DNA of 64,000 nt from Mariniphaga sp. (GTDB taxonomy: Bacteria > Bacteroidota > Bacteroidia > Bacteroidales > Prolixibacteraceae): contig JAXGYA010000002.1 of NCBI GenBank assembly GCA_040772505.1, positions 375,638-439,637 of the forward strand. The letters run 5' to 3'. This document shows, in pieces, positions 48,244 to 57,570 of this stretch. Each line of letters opens with the position of its first letter. Positions within the stretch are counted from its first letter, which is position 1. Under the pieces are notes generated by a model. The model was not told the DNA's origin and did no database searches. It saw only the letters and a list, made by a program, of their open reading frames with translations. Both the position numbers and the translations under genes were made by a program.

Positions 48244-48861
48244 ATGGAAAATCTGATAAATATTTTTATCAAATCAATTTTTATAGAGAACATGATTTTC
48301 GCCTATTTTTTAGGTATGTGTTCTTATCTGGCAGTTTCGAGAACAGTGAAAACGGCTATGGGATTAGGTATAGCAGTAACTTTTGTGTTGGCTATCACCC
48401 TGCCGGTTGATTATATGCTTGAGAATTATGTGTTAAAGGAAGGTGCACTGGTATGGTTAAGTCCGGAACTTGCTGATGTGGATCTCAGTTTCCTCTCTTT
48501 TATCATGTTCATCGCCGTTATTGCATCTATTGTGCAGCTGGTTGAGATGGTTGTGGAAAAATTTACTCCGGCGCTTTATAATCAGCTGGGGATTTTTCTT
48601 CCGCTGATTGCGGTAAACTGCGCTATTTTAGGTGGCTCTCTTTTTATGCAGCAGAAAGCATTTCTGAATGTGGCTGAGGCAACTGTTTACGGGCTCGGCT
48701 CAGGTATTGGATGGCTTCTGGCTATCATTGGCATTGCTGCAATTCGTGAAAAAATACAATATTCCAATGTGCCGGCACCTTTGCGCGGTCTGGGTGTAAC
48801 GTTTATTGTTACGGGCCTCATGGGTTTGGCATTCATGGGATTTATGGGAATAAAATTATAA
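48244..48861 (+). CDS. nqrE: Na+-NQR subunit E
   Basis: 205-aa RnfA/NqrE-type protein with [10 protein letters not shown] and AVNCAILGG motifs. Confidence 0.95.
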   Translation: MENLINIFIKSIFIENMIFAYFLGMCSYLAVSRTVKTAMGLGIAVTFVLAITLPVDYMLENYVLKEGALVWLSPELADVDLSFLSFIMFIAVIASIVQLVEMVVEKFTPALYNQLGIFLPLIAVNCAILGGSLFMQQKAFLNVAEATVYGLGSGIGWLLAIIGIAAIREKIQYSNVPAPLRGLGVTFIVTGLMGLAFMGFMGIKL

Positions 48862-48873
48862 AATTCATTTTCA

Positions 48874-50136
48874 ATGCTAATTCTTTCAACACAAATAACA
48901 ATTATAGTTGCCAGTGTAGCCGTTTTCCTGAGCGTTATTGTGCTGCTGGTAGGTATCTTGCTGTTTGCCAAGAAAAAACTGATACCTTCAGGTGAGTTAC
49001 AAATCAGCATTAACGACGGGGAGCATGAAATTATGGCAGAGCCCGGGAATACGCTTCTCACAACACTTAGCAACAATAAAATATTTCTTCCCTCGGCGTG
49101 TGGTGGCGGTGGAACATGTGCCATGTGCCGGTGTCAGGTGCTGGAAGGCGGTGGCTCAATCCTGCCCACAGAAACCAACTTCTTTACAAGGAAAGAGCAA
49201 AATGACAACTGGCGCCTGGCATGCCAGGTGAAGGTGAAGGATAATCTCAAAATAAAAGTTCCGCAGGAAGTTTTGGGAGTTAAAAAATGGGAGTGCGAAG
49301 TGGTGTCCAATAAGAATGTTGCTACGTTTATTAAGGAATTTGTGGTGAAACTACCTGAAGGGGAAAACCTTAATTTCAAATCAGGCGGATACATTCAGAT
49401 TGATGTTCCCAAAGTTGAAGTAGATTTTAATACTATTGATATTGATGAGAAATATCGCGATGAATGGGAGAAGTTTGGAATGTTCAATCTGAAAATGAAA
49501 AATCCGGAGCCGACATTCCGTGCCTATTCCATGGCAAATCATCCTGCCGAAGGCAATATGATCATGTTGAATATCCGAATTGCGACACCTCCCTGGGATC
49601 GTGCCAACAACGCTTTTAAGAAAGTGAATCCGGGTATTTGCTCCTCTTATATCTTTTCACTCAAACCGGGCGACAAAGTGGATATTTCAGGTCCCTACGG
49701 AGATTTTTTCCTGAAAGACAATGATAACGAGATGATGTTTATTGGCGGTGGAGCAGGCATGGCGCCGATGCGATCGCATCTTTTCCACCTCTTCCACACG
49801 GTAAAAGAACGTAATAAAAAAATTTCTTTTTGGTATGGAGCCAGGTCATGGAAAGAGGTCTTCTACTACGACCAGTTCCGTGAAATTGAAAAAAATTATG
49901 ACAATTTTGAGTTTCATCTGGCACTTTCAGAGCCACTCCCCGACGACAAATGGGATGGGCCCACCGGTTTCATTCATCAGGTGATTTATGACAATTACCT
50001 GAGCAAACACGAAGAACCGGAAGAAATCGACTACTATCTCTGCGGCCCGCCAATGATGAACGATGCCGTGCAAAAAATGCTCTATAATCTGGGTGTTCCC
50101 AGCGATAATGTAGCTTATGACGACTTTGGAAGCTGA
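48874..50136 (+). CDS. nqrF: Na+-NQR subunit F (2Fe-2S, FAD, NADH-binding)
   Basis: N-terminal TM helix, a 2Fe-2S motif (CGGGGTCAMCRC), an FAD motif (RAYSMAN) and an NADH motif (FIGGGAGMAPMRS). Confidence 0.95.
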   Translation: MLILSTQITIIVASVAVFLSVIVLLVGILLFAKKKLIPSGELQISINDGEHEIMAEPGNTLLTTLSNNKIFLPSACGGGGTCAMCRCQVLEGGGSILPTETNFFTRKEQNDNWRLACQVKVKDNLKIKVPQEVLGVKKWECEVVSNKNVATFIKEFVVKLPEGENLNFKSGGYIQIDVPKVEVDFNTIDIDEKYRDEWEKFGMFNLKMKNPEPTFRAYSMANHPAEGNMIMLNIRIATPPWDRANNAFKKVNPGICSSYIFSLKPGDKVDISGPYGDFFLKDNDNEMMFIGGGAGMAPMRSHLFHLFHTVKERNKKISFWYGARSWKEVFYYDQFREIEKNYDNFEFHLALSEPLPDDKWDGPTGFIHQVIYDNYLSKHEEPEEIDYYLCGPPMMNDAVQKMLYNLGVPSDNVAYDDFGS

Positions 50137-50149
50137 TGCTTTCAAAATT

Positions 50150-50186
50150 AAAAAGGGTTGCTAATTTTCCGGCAACCCTTTTTAGT
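50150..50186 (+). terminator. Rho-independent terminator after nqrF
   Basis: The stem aaaaagggttgc (50150-50161) pairs with gcaaccctttttt-type 3' arm (50172-50183), followed by a T-rich run. Confidence 0.8.
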
Positions 50187-50299
50187 TTTCCGTGGATTTT
50201 TTGGCAGATGGCTTTTCTGTTATTAGTGATAATTTGAACCGGTCTTTGGAAAAGTTAGTACTTGTCTGCTGTTTTAAAATACTTAACGGTTGAATTCCC

Positions 50300-50307
50300 T
50301 ATCTTTG
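50300..50307 (+). promoter_or_regulatory. Candidate -7 promoter box (TAtcTTTG) for the 703-aa gene
   Basis: tatctttg lies 28 nt upstream of ATG 50336, downstream of the nqrF terminator. Confidence 0.35.
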
Positions 50308-50335
50308 GGATTATGAAAAAATAAATCATACTTGC

Positions 50336-52447
50336 ATGAACAGAAAAGATTTTCTTCAAACTATCGGATTTGGAGCAACGGCATTTTTTGTCAATTCTTC
50401 TCCTTTGGCAGCAGGGAATAGCCCTTCAGGTAAATTGGCAGAAAATTATTCTTCAGATTTATCTGAAAATATTATTGACCCGATTGTCCCTTTTAAGTTT
50501 TATGGAAACAGAAAGCAATTTATGCTCAGGCAACTCATTAAAATGCGGAAAGAATACGGATTGAGGCGTTTCCTGCTGACGGGTCCAAACGAGGAAGTTC
50601 GTTTGTCGGGCTTTCCTTCCCCGGATATTTACACTTCAATTGGAAATCAGATACTGGAAGTGAAAAATGAGTTGGCCAAACATGATATTGAGATTGGCTG
50701 GTGGTGTGCACCCACATTCAGAATGGGTGGCGGCGCTCCCTTTCAGTACATTACAGGAATTGACGGAGCCGTTTCGGGTACAACTCCCTGTCCTCTGGAT
50801 AAAAGATTTCAGCATATTTTCAGTGAATATATAACCACAGTTATAAAGATTGCCAATCCTTCCATTATTCAGTTTGAAGATGACTATGAACTGTCATGGC
50901 AGCCGCCTGTTTCGTTTGGCTGTTTTTGCCCGCTCCACCTGAATGAATTTGCTTTGATGGAGAATAAAAAATATTCACGTGAAGAGCTGTTGGAAATATT
51001 TCGCACTGTTACACCGGAAAGCGTTCGGTTACGAAGGAGATGGGCTGATTTGAGCAGAAAGTCGCTTGTTGAATTTGCAAAAAAAGTGCGCAGCGAAATT
51101 GATAAAATTGCACCTGATACCCGCATTTCCTTATGCCAGTCGGGAGTGTCTGATTTTGACGGATTTTTCATTGAAGATGTTGCTTCTGCACTGGCAGGAA
51201 AAACCAGACCGCTGGTTCGTCTTTACGGAACAAATTATTCCTCCTTTGAAGACATTTCTATTCCGGAAACTGTCTTTCATGCACTTTACAGCAAACAGCA
51301 CCTGCCCGGTGATTTTGAATGTATCCATGAATCCGATACCTATCCGCATACCCGGTTTTTCATGTCGTCAAACAAGTTGAAAAGTCTGATGACGGTTACT
51401 CTTTCATACGGGCTGGATGATTTTCTGCTGTACGCAACACAATATCTTGATAATCCGATTGAGGACAAAGGCTACGTAAAAATGTTCAGGGATGAACATA
51501 AGCGTTTTAATACGATTAAAAGTGAGTTGCAGAATTGCAGACTGGCAGGTTGTGAGGTTGTCTATAAGCCCGACGGGCATGTCTTCATCCCATATACTCA
51601 TGGGGTACCCTCGCCACCGGTCAATGATTGGATGCGTGTTTTGGGAAGATTTGGAATTCCTTATACATCAAAAGAGGGGCATGTTAAAGTTGTTTCCGGC
51701 AATATTGCAAAGACTTTAAGTGAAGCGGAAATAGAAAATTTCCTCAAAGGCGGTCTTTTGCTGGATGCGTTTGCTGCAAACATTCTTTTCGAAAAAGGGT
51801 GGGGTAAATATTTAGGTGTAGATATCCGCCCACGAAATCAATTAAGCTTTTGTTATGAGGGAATACGCAAACAAAAAATTGAAAATATTGAAGGAGACCT
51901 GATGTATAATTTTGCTTTTGCACCGGCAGGAAATGAGGGGAGTTTGTTTTATGAGCTGAGTCCCCTGAGCGCTGAAACAGAAGTCATTACTGATTTTTTA
52001 GATCAGAATGAAAAACCGGTGATTCCGGGTCTGGTCCGTTTCAAAAACAGCCTTGGAGGGCGTGTTGCCATCATCGCTTATGATTTAAGGGGAAACCGCT
52101 CCTCTTCAGTATTCAATTATAAAAAGAAAGAACTTATAAAGCAGACCATCGAATGGCTCGGAAACACTCCTTTGCCAATATTTGTTAAAGACAATCCAAA
52201 TGCTTTTTGTGTCGTAAATGAATCAATTAATGGTGAATATACAGTAGCCACAGTCGTTTCGATGTGTGCTGATACTTTTGATTCCTACACACTGGAAGTT
52301 TCTCCGGAATTAGCCGAAGCAAAAATTGAGGTTTTAGGCAACTCAGGTTTATGGGAAAAAAGAGAAGTAATTCGGGATGGCAGAAAAATTAAATTCAGGG
52401 ATGAACTTCACTATTTATCACCTGTAGTTTTAAAATTTTCAAAATGA
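50336..52447 (+). CDS. Exported protein of unknown function (703 aa) with a Tat-like RK signal
   Basis: N-terminus is MNRKDFLQTIGFGATAFFVNSSPLAAG (Tat-like n-region with RK, hydrophobic core, AxA-like site). I recognise no family. It has its own promoter box and follows the nqr terminator. Confidence 0.6.
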   Translation: MNRKDFLQTIGFGATAFFVNSSPLAAGNSPSGKLAENYSSDLSENIIDPIVPFKFYGNRKQFMLRQLIKMRKEYGLRRFLLTGPNEEVRLSGFPSPDIYTSIGNQILEVKNELAKHDIEIGWWCAPTFRMGGGAPFQYITGIDGAVSGTTPCPLDKRFQHIFSEYITTVIKIANPSIIQFEDDYELSWQPPVSFGCFCPLHLNEFALMENKKYSREELLEIFRTVTPESVRLRRRWADLSRKSLVEFAKKVRSEIDKIAPDTRISLCQSGVSDFDGFFIEDVASALAGKTRPLVRLYGTNYSSFEDISIPETVFHALYSKQHLPGDFECIHESDTYPHTRFFMSSNKLKSLMTVTLSYGLDDFLLYATQYLDNPIEDKGYVKMFRDEHKRFNTIKSELQNCRLAGCEVVYKPDGHVFIPYTHGVPSPPVNDWMRVLGRFGIPYTSKEGHVKVVSGNIAKTLSEAEIENFLKGGLLLDAFAANILFEKGWGKYLGVDIRPRNQLSFCYEGIRKQKIENIEGDLMYNFAFAPAGNEGSLFYELSPLSAETEVITDFLDQNEKPVIPGLVRFKNSLGGRVAIIAYDLRGNRSSSVFNYKKKELIKQTIEWLGNTPLPIFVKDNPNAFCVVNESINGEYTVATVVSMCADTFDSYTLEVSPELAEAKIEVLGNSGLWEKREVIRDGRKIKFRDELHYLSPVVLKFSK

Positions 52448-52528
52448 TAAGTTGTCTGAAAAGGAACAGGTTCGTTTCAGGCAGCTTTTCTGCCAATATG
52501 AGTAAGAAGAAATTAATGTCAGGGAAGT

Positions 52529-53503
52529 TTATTTTTTACGGGTAGTAATATATTCGATAAGCTCCATGAGAGAAGCACGTGCATCACTTTCAGGAAATTT
52601 TGCCAGATTGTTTAAAGCTTTCTCCTTAATCTCATGCATCTTTTGCTTTGCATAGTCAATTCCCCCATGATCTACGACGAGTTGAATAAGTTCATCAACA
52701 TTCTTTTGATCGCTGTTCCCCCTTCTGATGAGTTTGAGCATTCGTTTTTTTTCGACAGATGAAGTGTTGTTTAAAACATAAAGCAAGGGGAGTGTAATCT
52801 TTTTTTCCCTGATATCGTTTCCGGCTGGTTTTCCCGTAACTCCTCCGGGGTGATAATCAAAAATGTCATCCTTTATTTGAAAAACAACACCGGCATCCAG
52901 TCCAATTTCATACATCTTTTCAATAACATTCTGGTTGTCGGTAACCGATGCCGCTCCAAGAGCCATACTTGTAGCAATAAGTGAAGCTGTTTTCTTGCGT
53001 ATGATTTCAAAATATGTGGCTTCGTCAATATTGAGCCTTCTGCTTTTTTTAATCTGAAGAATTTCCCCTTCGCTCATCTCCTGCACAGCTCGGGAAATTA
53101 GATGTAAAAAATTGAATTTTTCGTATTCAGCCTGTAGCATTAATCCCTTTGCCAGAATGTAGTCGCCTGTGAGAACAGCTAACTTGTTGCGCCATAGGGC
53201 ATTGATTGAAAATGTGCCACGACGCTCATAGGATTCATCAACCACATCATCGTGAACCAGTGTTCCGGTATGCAGCAATTCAATGGAGCAGGCAGCAATT
53301 TTAGTGAATTCATTAATGTCGCCATGCATTTTCGCTGAAAGAAAGACAAACATGGGGCGCAATTGCTTCCCTTTGGTACGGTACAGGAAGTTTAGTATAG
53401 TATGAAGGAACGGAATTTCGCTTTTCAGCGTTTTCTTGAAAAATGCCTCAAATTCCTTGAACTCCTTCTCTATCGGTAATCGAATGGATTTTATTTTACT
53501 CAT
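52529..53503 (-). CDS. Polyprenyl diphosphate synthase (trans-isoprenyl diphosphate synthase family)
   Basis: First Asp-rich motif LVHDDVVDES, second Asp-rich motif FQIKDDIFD, 324 aa. Confidence 0.9.
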   Translation of the reverse strand: MSKIKSIRLPIEKEFKEFEAFFKKTLKSEIPFLHTILNFLYRTKGKQLRPMFVFLSAKMHGDINEFTKIAACSIELLHTGTLVHDDVVDESYERRGTFSINALWRNKLAVLTGDYILAKGLMLQAEYEKFNFLHLISRAVQEMSEGEILQIKKSRRLNIDEATYFEIIRKKTASLIATSMALGAASVTDNQNVIEKMYEIGLDAGVVFQIKDDIFDYHPGGVTGKPAGNDIREKKITLPLLYVLNNTSSVEKKRMLKLIRRGNSDQKNVDELIQLVVDHGGIDYAKQKMHEIKEKALNNLAKFPESDARASLMELIEYITTRKK

Positions 53504-53706
53504 CCGGTATTTAAACTTTACACTTTGAATGAATTAACGAACATAGAATATTTTGCTTGAAAAAATCTAAAAAATCTAAAAATTATTTTTAATCCTCCAT
53601 TCTATACTATGCCGACTGCCATCTACCAACTTACAAAAGTGTATAGATTTATCTCGTTTTCGATATATGAACAGTTAGAACAGAATCAATGGAACAGCAA
53701 TATCAT

Positions 53707-53724
53707 TGAATATTCATATATTTG
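53707..53724 (+). promoter_or_regulatory. Perfect 10-bp palindrome TGAATATTCA abutting a TAtaTTTG -7 box upstream of the ArsR gene (candidate auto-operator)
   Basis: tgaatattca is at 53707-53716, followed directly by tatatttg at 53717-53724. The ArsR ATG is at 53747. Confidence 0.35.
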
Positions 53725-53746
53725 TACTTTCTAATAATAAAGAATA

Positions 53747-54049
53747 ATGCTAAATGCCAGAATTTTAGATAAGGACAAATTGGATACTGCGGCAAGTATG
53801 CTGAAAGCAATTGCTCATCCTATGAGAATTGCCATTTTAAAATACCTTGAAGGCGGGAAAAGACTTACAGTTACTCAAATTCACGAGCTGTTAGGCATTG
53901 AGCAATCAACCACATCTCATCATTTGGGAATTTTGCGCAATAAAGGAGTGCTTTGTTCCAGCCGTGAAGGGAAGAATACATTCTACTATTTAAAGCACAA
54001 CATTCTGAGCCAGATTGTGGATTGTCTTGAAACATGCACTTGCGACTAA
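53747..54049 (+). CDS. ArsR/SmtB family transcriptional regulator
   Basis: 100 aa with a winged-HTH signature (LKAIAHPMRIAILKYL ... VTQIHELLGIEQSTTSHHLGILRNKGV). The C-terminus is Cys-rich (CLETCTCD). Confidence 0.85.
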   Translation: MLNARILDKDKLDTAASMLKAIAHPMRIAILKYLEGGKRLTVTQIHELLGIEQSTTSHHLGILRNKGVLCSSREGKNTFYYLKHNILSQIVDCLETCTCD

Positions 54050-54335
54050 GCAGTCTCATTAAAAGCAAATGCGATGTGCGTCATACTGCTATTTGGTGAA
54101 AAAATTTAACTGCGAAGAATTACACAGTATGTGGCAAAGGAACACAAAATGGGAAGCCCAAAGTTCAGGATTAATAAGTAAATGATATTGTGAAACATGC
54201 ATAAAAATTAGATTTTTTTTGCAATAAAAAAAGTCACCACTAATTGATTTAATGCCAATTATGATTATATTTAACAGATTTTTGTTATCAAATTATTTGT
54301 AATTACATTATACTTAGCAGATTAAAATTTTTGTT

Positions 54336-55859
54336 ATGGAGAAAAATTCGAGTAAAAGTGCGGTATCAAGGAGGGCATTTCTTGGTACCACAGCTGCAGC
54401 AGCGGCAGGATTAACGATTGTTCCGAGCCATGTTGTGGCAGGATTGGGACATAAAGCTCCCAGCGATAAGCTTAACATTGTGGGTGTAGGTGTTGGCGGA
54501 ATGGGATTTGCCAACCTTAAAAATCTGGAATCTGAGAATATCATCGGATTATGCGATGTTGACTGGAAATACACCGGTGGAAATGGTGTTTTTGACAGAT
54601 ATCCGAAAGCCAAAAAGTACATGGACTGGCGCCGGATGTATGATGAGATGGGTAAAGATTTCGATGCAGTTGTAGTAGCTACGGCTGACCACACTCATGC
54701 AATTATTGCAGCTCATGCAATCACTATGGGTAAACATGTTTATGTGCAGAAACCACTTACCCACACAGTGTATGAATCACGCTTGCTGACCAAATTGGCT
54801 GATAAGTACAAAGTGGCAACATCAATGGGTAATCAGGGGTCTTCGGGTGAAGGAGTAAATCTGACAACCGAGTGGCTTGCCAATGGTGAAATTGGCGAAG
54901 TAACCAAAGTGGAAGCATTCACCGATCGTCCAATTTGGCCACAGGGTCTCAATACACCTGAAGTTGGACATTGGGTTCCTGAAACTCTTGATTGGGATCT
55001 GTTTATTGGTCCTGCCAGAATGCGTCCGTTCAATGAAATCTATCATCCCTGGAACTGGCGTGGTTGGTGGGATTTCGGTACAGGTGCTTTGGGCGATATG
55101 GCATGTCATATTCTTCATCCGGTATTTATTGGTCTTGAGTTAGGGTATCCAATTCATGCTCAGGGTAATTCAAGCTTGCTGCTGAACGATTGCGCCCCAG
55201 TGGCAGAGACAGTGAAACTTACTTTCCCCGCCCGTGCGCCTAAGCGTGCATGGAAAGGCATGAAGAAAAATGCTCAGTTCCCGCAGGTTGATGTGCACTG
55301 GTATGATGGCGGCATCAAATGGGATTTGCCAGAAGGATGGCCGGCAGGAAAAAATCCAAACGATAGCGGTGGCGGTGTAATTTTCCACGGAACAAAAGAC
55401 AAGCTGATTTGTGGATGCTACGGTGTTAATCCCTGGTTGCTTTCAGGTCGTGTGCCAAATGCACCGAAGTTTAGAAGAAGAATTGAAAATGCCACCAGAG
55501 GCGGGCACGAACAGGATTGGGTACGCGCATGTAAGGAAAATCCGGAAACACGCGTTCCGACAGCTTCTGATTTCAGCGAAGCCGGTCCGTTCAACGAAAT
55601 GGTTGTTATGGGTGTATTGGCAGTGCGTCTGCAATCACTGAACAAACAATTAGACTGGGATGGTGAGAAAATGGAATTCACCAATCTTAAAGATGACGAG
55701 ACCATTCGAACTGTTGTAAAAGATGGTTTTGAAATTAAGGATGGGCACCCCACATTTGCAAAAACATGGACTGACCCGATTTCTGCAAAACAATTTGCAG
55801 CAGAACTGATTAAGCATACTTACCGGGAGCCTTGGAAATTGCCCGACATGCCTGCATAG
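54336..55859 (+). CDS. Tat-signal Gfo/Idh/MocA family NAD(P)-dependent oxidoreductase (paralog 1)
   Basis: Twin-arginine signal (VSRRAFLGTTAAAAAGLTIVPS), a Rossmann motif (LNIVGVGVGGMG) and the family strings DAVVVATADHTHA, KHVYVQKPL, HPWNWRGWWDFGTGALGDMACH. Confidence 0.85.
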   Translation: MEKNSSKSAVSRRAFLGTTAAAAAGLTIVPSHVVAGLGHKAPSDKLNIVGVGVGGMGFANLKNLESENIIGLCDVDWKYTGGNGVFDRYPKAKKYMDWRRMYDEMGKDFDAVVVATADHTHAIIAAHAITMGKHVYVQKPLTHTVYESRLLTKLADKYKVATSMGNQGSSGEGVNLTTEWLANGEIGEVTKVEAFTDRPIWPQGLNTPEVGHWVPETLDWDLFIGPARMRPFNEIYHPWNWRGWWDFGTGALGDMACHILHPVFIGLELGYPIHAQGNSSLLLNDCAPVAETVKLTFPARAPKRAWKGMKKNAQFPQVDVHWYDGGIKWDLPEGWPAGKNPNDSGGGVIFHGTKDKLICGCYGVNPWLLSGRVPNAPKFRRRIENATRGGHEQDWVRACKENPETRVPTASDFSEAGPFNEMVVMGVLAVRLQSLNKQLDWDGEKMEFTNLKDDETIRTVVKDGFEIKDGHPTFAKTWTDPISAKQFAAELIKHTYREPWKLPDMPA

Positions 55860-55881
55860 TCAATTATGAAATATAATAATG

Positions 55882-55910
55882 GGCGTTCGCATGCGGACGC
55901 CTATTTTTTT
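55882..55910 (+). terminator. Rho-independent terminator after oxidoreductase 1
   Basis: The stem ggcgttcgc/gcggacgcc has one G-U pair and is followed by tattttttt. Confidence 0.7.
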
Positions 55911-56035
55911 GACTTATTTTATGCACTTCTGTGCTAAAAACTGTTTATTTGTTGTTATTATTACCAAACCCAAAACCTGTAGGCAATTTTTTTGACTTTT
56001 TATAAAAAATATTACCTTAAAAACTAACAGGAGAA

Positions 56036-57520
56036 ATGAATAAGAAAAAAAGCACAGTTTCCCGGCGAAATTTCATAGGCAGTTCTTTAACTGCAGCAGC
56101 AGGCTTTACTATATTACCTTCTAAAGTAATCGCAGGCTTAGGGCATCAGCCACCTTCAAGCAAATTGAATATTGCCGGAATAGGAATTGGAGGGCAGGGT
56201 TATATCAATCTTCGCAACATGGAAACAGAGAATCTTGTGGCATTATGTGATGTGGACTGGGACTATTCAGGTAATAGCTTTAAGCGCTGGCCCCTTGCCA
56301 TGCAATATAAGGATTACAGGATAATGTTAGAAGAGCAAAAAGACATTGATGCAGTTGTTATCGCAACACCCGACCACTCTCATGCACTACCCGCAGTTTT
56401 GGCAATGCGTGAAGGGAAACATGTATTTCTACAGCAGCCTTTGGGACATTCAGTGTATGAATCGCGTATTTTGGCAGAAACTGCTCAACGATATGGTGTA
56501 GCAACCCAAATGGGGAATCAGGGAAATTCGGGAGATGATATTCGCAGAATTTGTGAATGGATTTGGGCAGGTGTAATTGGCGAAGTTATGCATGTGGATA
56601 CCTGGACTACCCGCCCCACGTGGCCACAGAATATCTTTAAACCTGAGCGCAGCAGAAGAGTTCCACGAGATTTAGACTGGGATTTATTTATTGGTCCGGC
56701 GCCAATGAGAGAATTCAATCCGGTTTATCATCCCTGGAACTGGCGCAGCTGGTGGGATTTTGGCGCAGGTGCATTGGGAGATATGGGAACTCATATTCTT
56801 GATCCGGTATTTAAGGCACTGTTGCTGGGGCATCCCAGTTCTATAGAAGCCAATTCTTCAGATTTTAATATCGATTCACCTCCAAATTCTCAGGTTATCC
56901 GGTTTGAGTTTCCGAGAAGGGACAATTTGCCAAAAGTGGCTATGCCGGAAGTTACCGTAAATTGGTATGACGGAGGATGGCTGCCTGCAAGACCCTCTGA
57001 ATTGAGAGATGGTGAAATGTTAGGCGATGAAAATGGCGGCTCTATTTTTTACGGAACCCGGGGAAAAATCATGTGTGGTGCCTATGCGAAGAATCCTACT
57101 CTTCTTCCCACCGGCGAAATGGAACATTTTAACGAGCCTGTTAAAACTCTCCGGAGAATTTTTAATCCTAACGAAGGCGGTCACGAACAGGACTGGATTA
57201 GAGCTTGCAAGGAACCGAAGGCTACCCGCCTTGAGGCATCTTCCAATTTCAGTTATTCCGGTCCGTTGAGTGAAGTAGTTGCTTTAGGTGCATTAGCTGT
57301 AAAATTGCAAAGTCTTCAGCGAAAATTGCTGTGGGATGGCGATAATATGCGTTTTACAAATATCGGAATGAATGATGTTCTCCGGATTCTTACAAAAAGT
57401 CAGTTTGAAGTGGTAAATGGAAACCCGAGAACAAATAAGGAATATGTAACGATACAGGCATATCAAAAAGCCGAGGAGTGGATTCGTTATAATTACAGAC
57501 AGGGTTGGGAGCAAATCTAA
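56036..57520 (+). CDS. Tat-signal Gfo/Idh/MocA family oxidoreductase (paralog 2)
   Basis: Twin-arginine signal (VSRRNFIGSSLTAAAGFTILPS). It is collinear with paralog 1: LNIAGIGIGGQG, DAVVIATPDHSHA, HPWNWRSWWDFGAGALGDMGTH, GGHEQDWIRACKE. Confidence 0.85.
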   Translation: MNKKKSTVSRRNFIGSSLTAAAGFTILPSKVIAGLGHQPPSSKLNIAGIGIGGQGYINLRNMETENLVALCDVDWDYSGNSFKRWPLAMQYKDYRIMLEEQKDIDAVVIATPDHSHALPAVLAMREGKHVFLQQPLGHSVYESRILAETAQRYGVATQMGNQGNSGDDIRRICEWIWAGVIGEVMHVDTWTTRPTWPQNIFKPERSRRVPRDLDWDLFIGPAPMREFNPVYHPWNWRSWWDFGAGALGDMGTHILDPVFKALLLGHPSSIEANSSDFNIDSPPNSQVIRFEFPRRDNLPKVAMPEVTVNWYDGGWLPARPSELRDGEMLGDENGGSIFYGTRGKIMCGAYAKNPTLLPTGEMEHFNEPVKTLRRIFNPNEGGHEQDWIRACKEPKATRLEASSNFSYSGPLSEVVALGALAVKLQSLQRKLLWDGDNMRFTNIGMNDVLRILTKSQFEVVNGNPRTNKEYVTIQAYQKAEEWIRYNYRQGWEQI

Positions 57521-57570
57521 AACAGGGTGCTTTGAAAATTTCAATTTAAACCACAAAATATTAATTAGTT

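Noticed and set aside
50313-50324. A three-codon mini-ORF, ATG AAA AAA TAA, just upstream of the 703-aa gene.
   Set aside because: It probably lies at or upstream of the transcription start implied by the -7 box at 50300-50307. There is no evidence it is translated.
53560-53585. A micro-tandem repeat, aaaaaatct x ~2.5.
   Set aside because: It is too short and low in complexity to call. It is most likely A-tract promoter-region DNA.
54069-54185. A 38-codon ATG ORF (MRCASYCYLVKKFNCEELHSMWQRNTKWEAQSSGLISK) between ArsR and the first oxidoreductase.
   Set aside because: An open frame of this length is not improbable in a 286-nt AT-rich spacer. There is no promoter box, signal or motif. It would only be worth revisiting if it is conserved in relatives.
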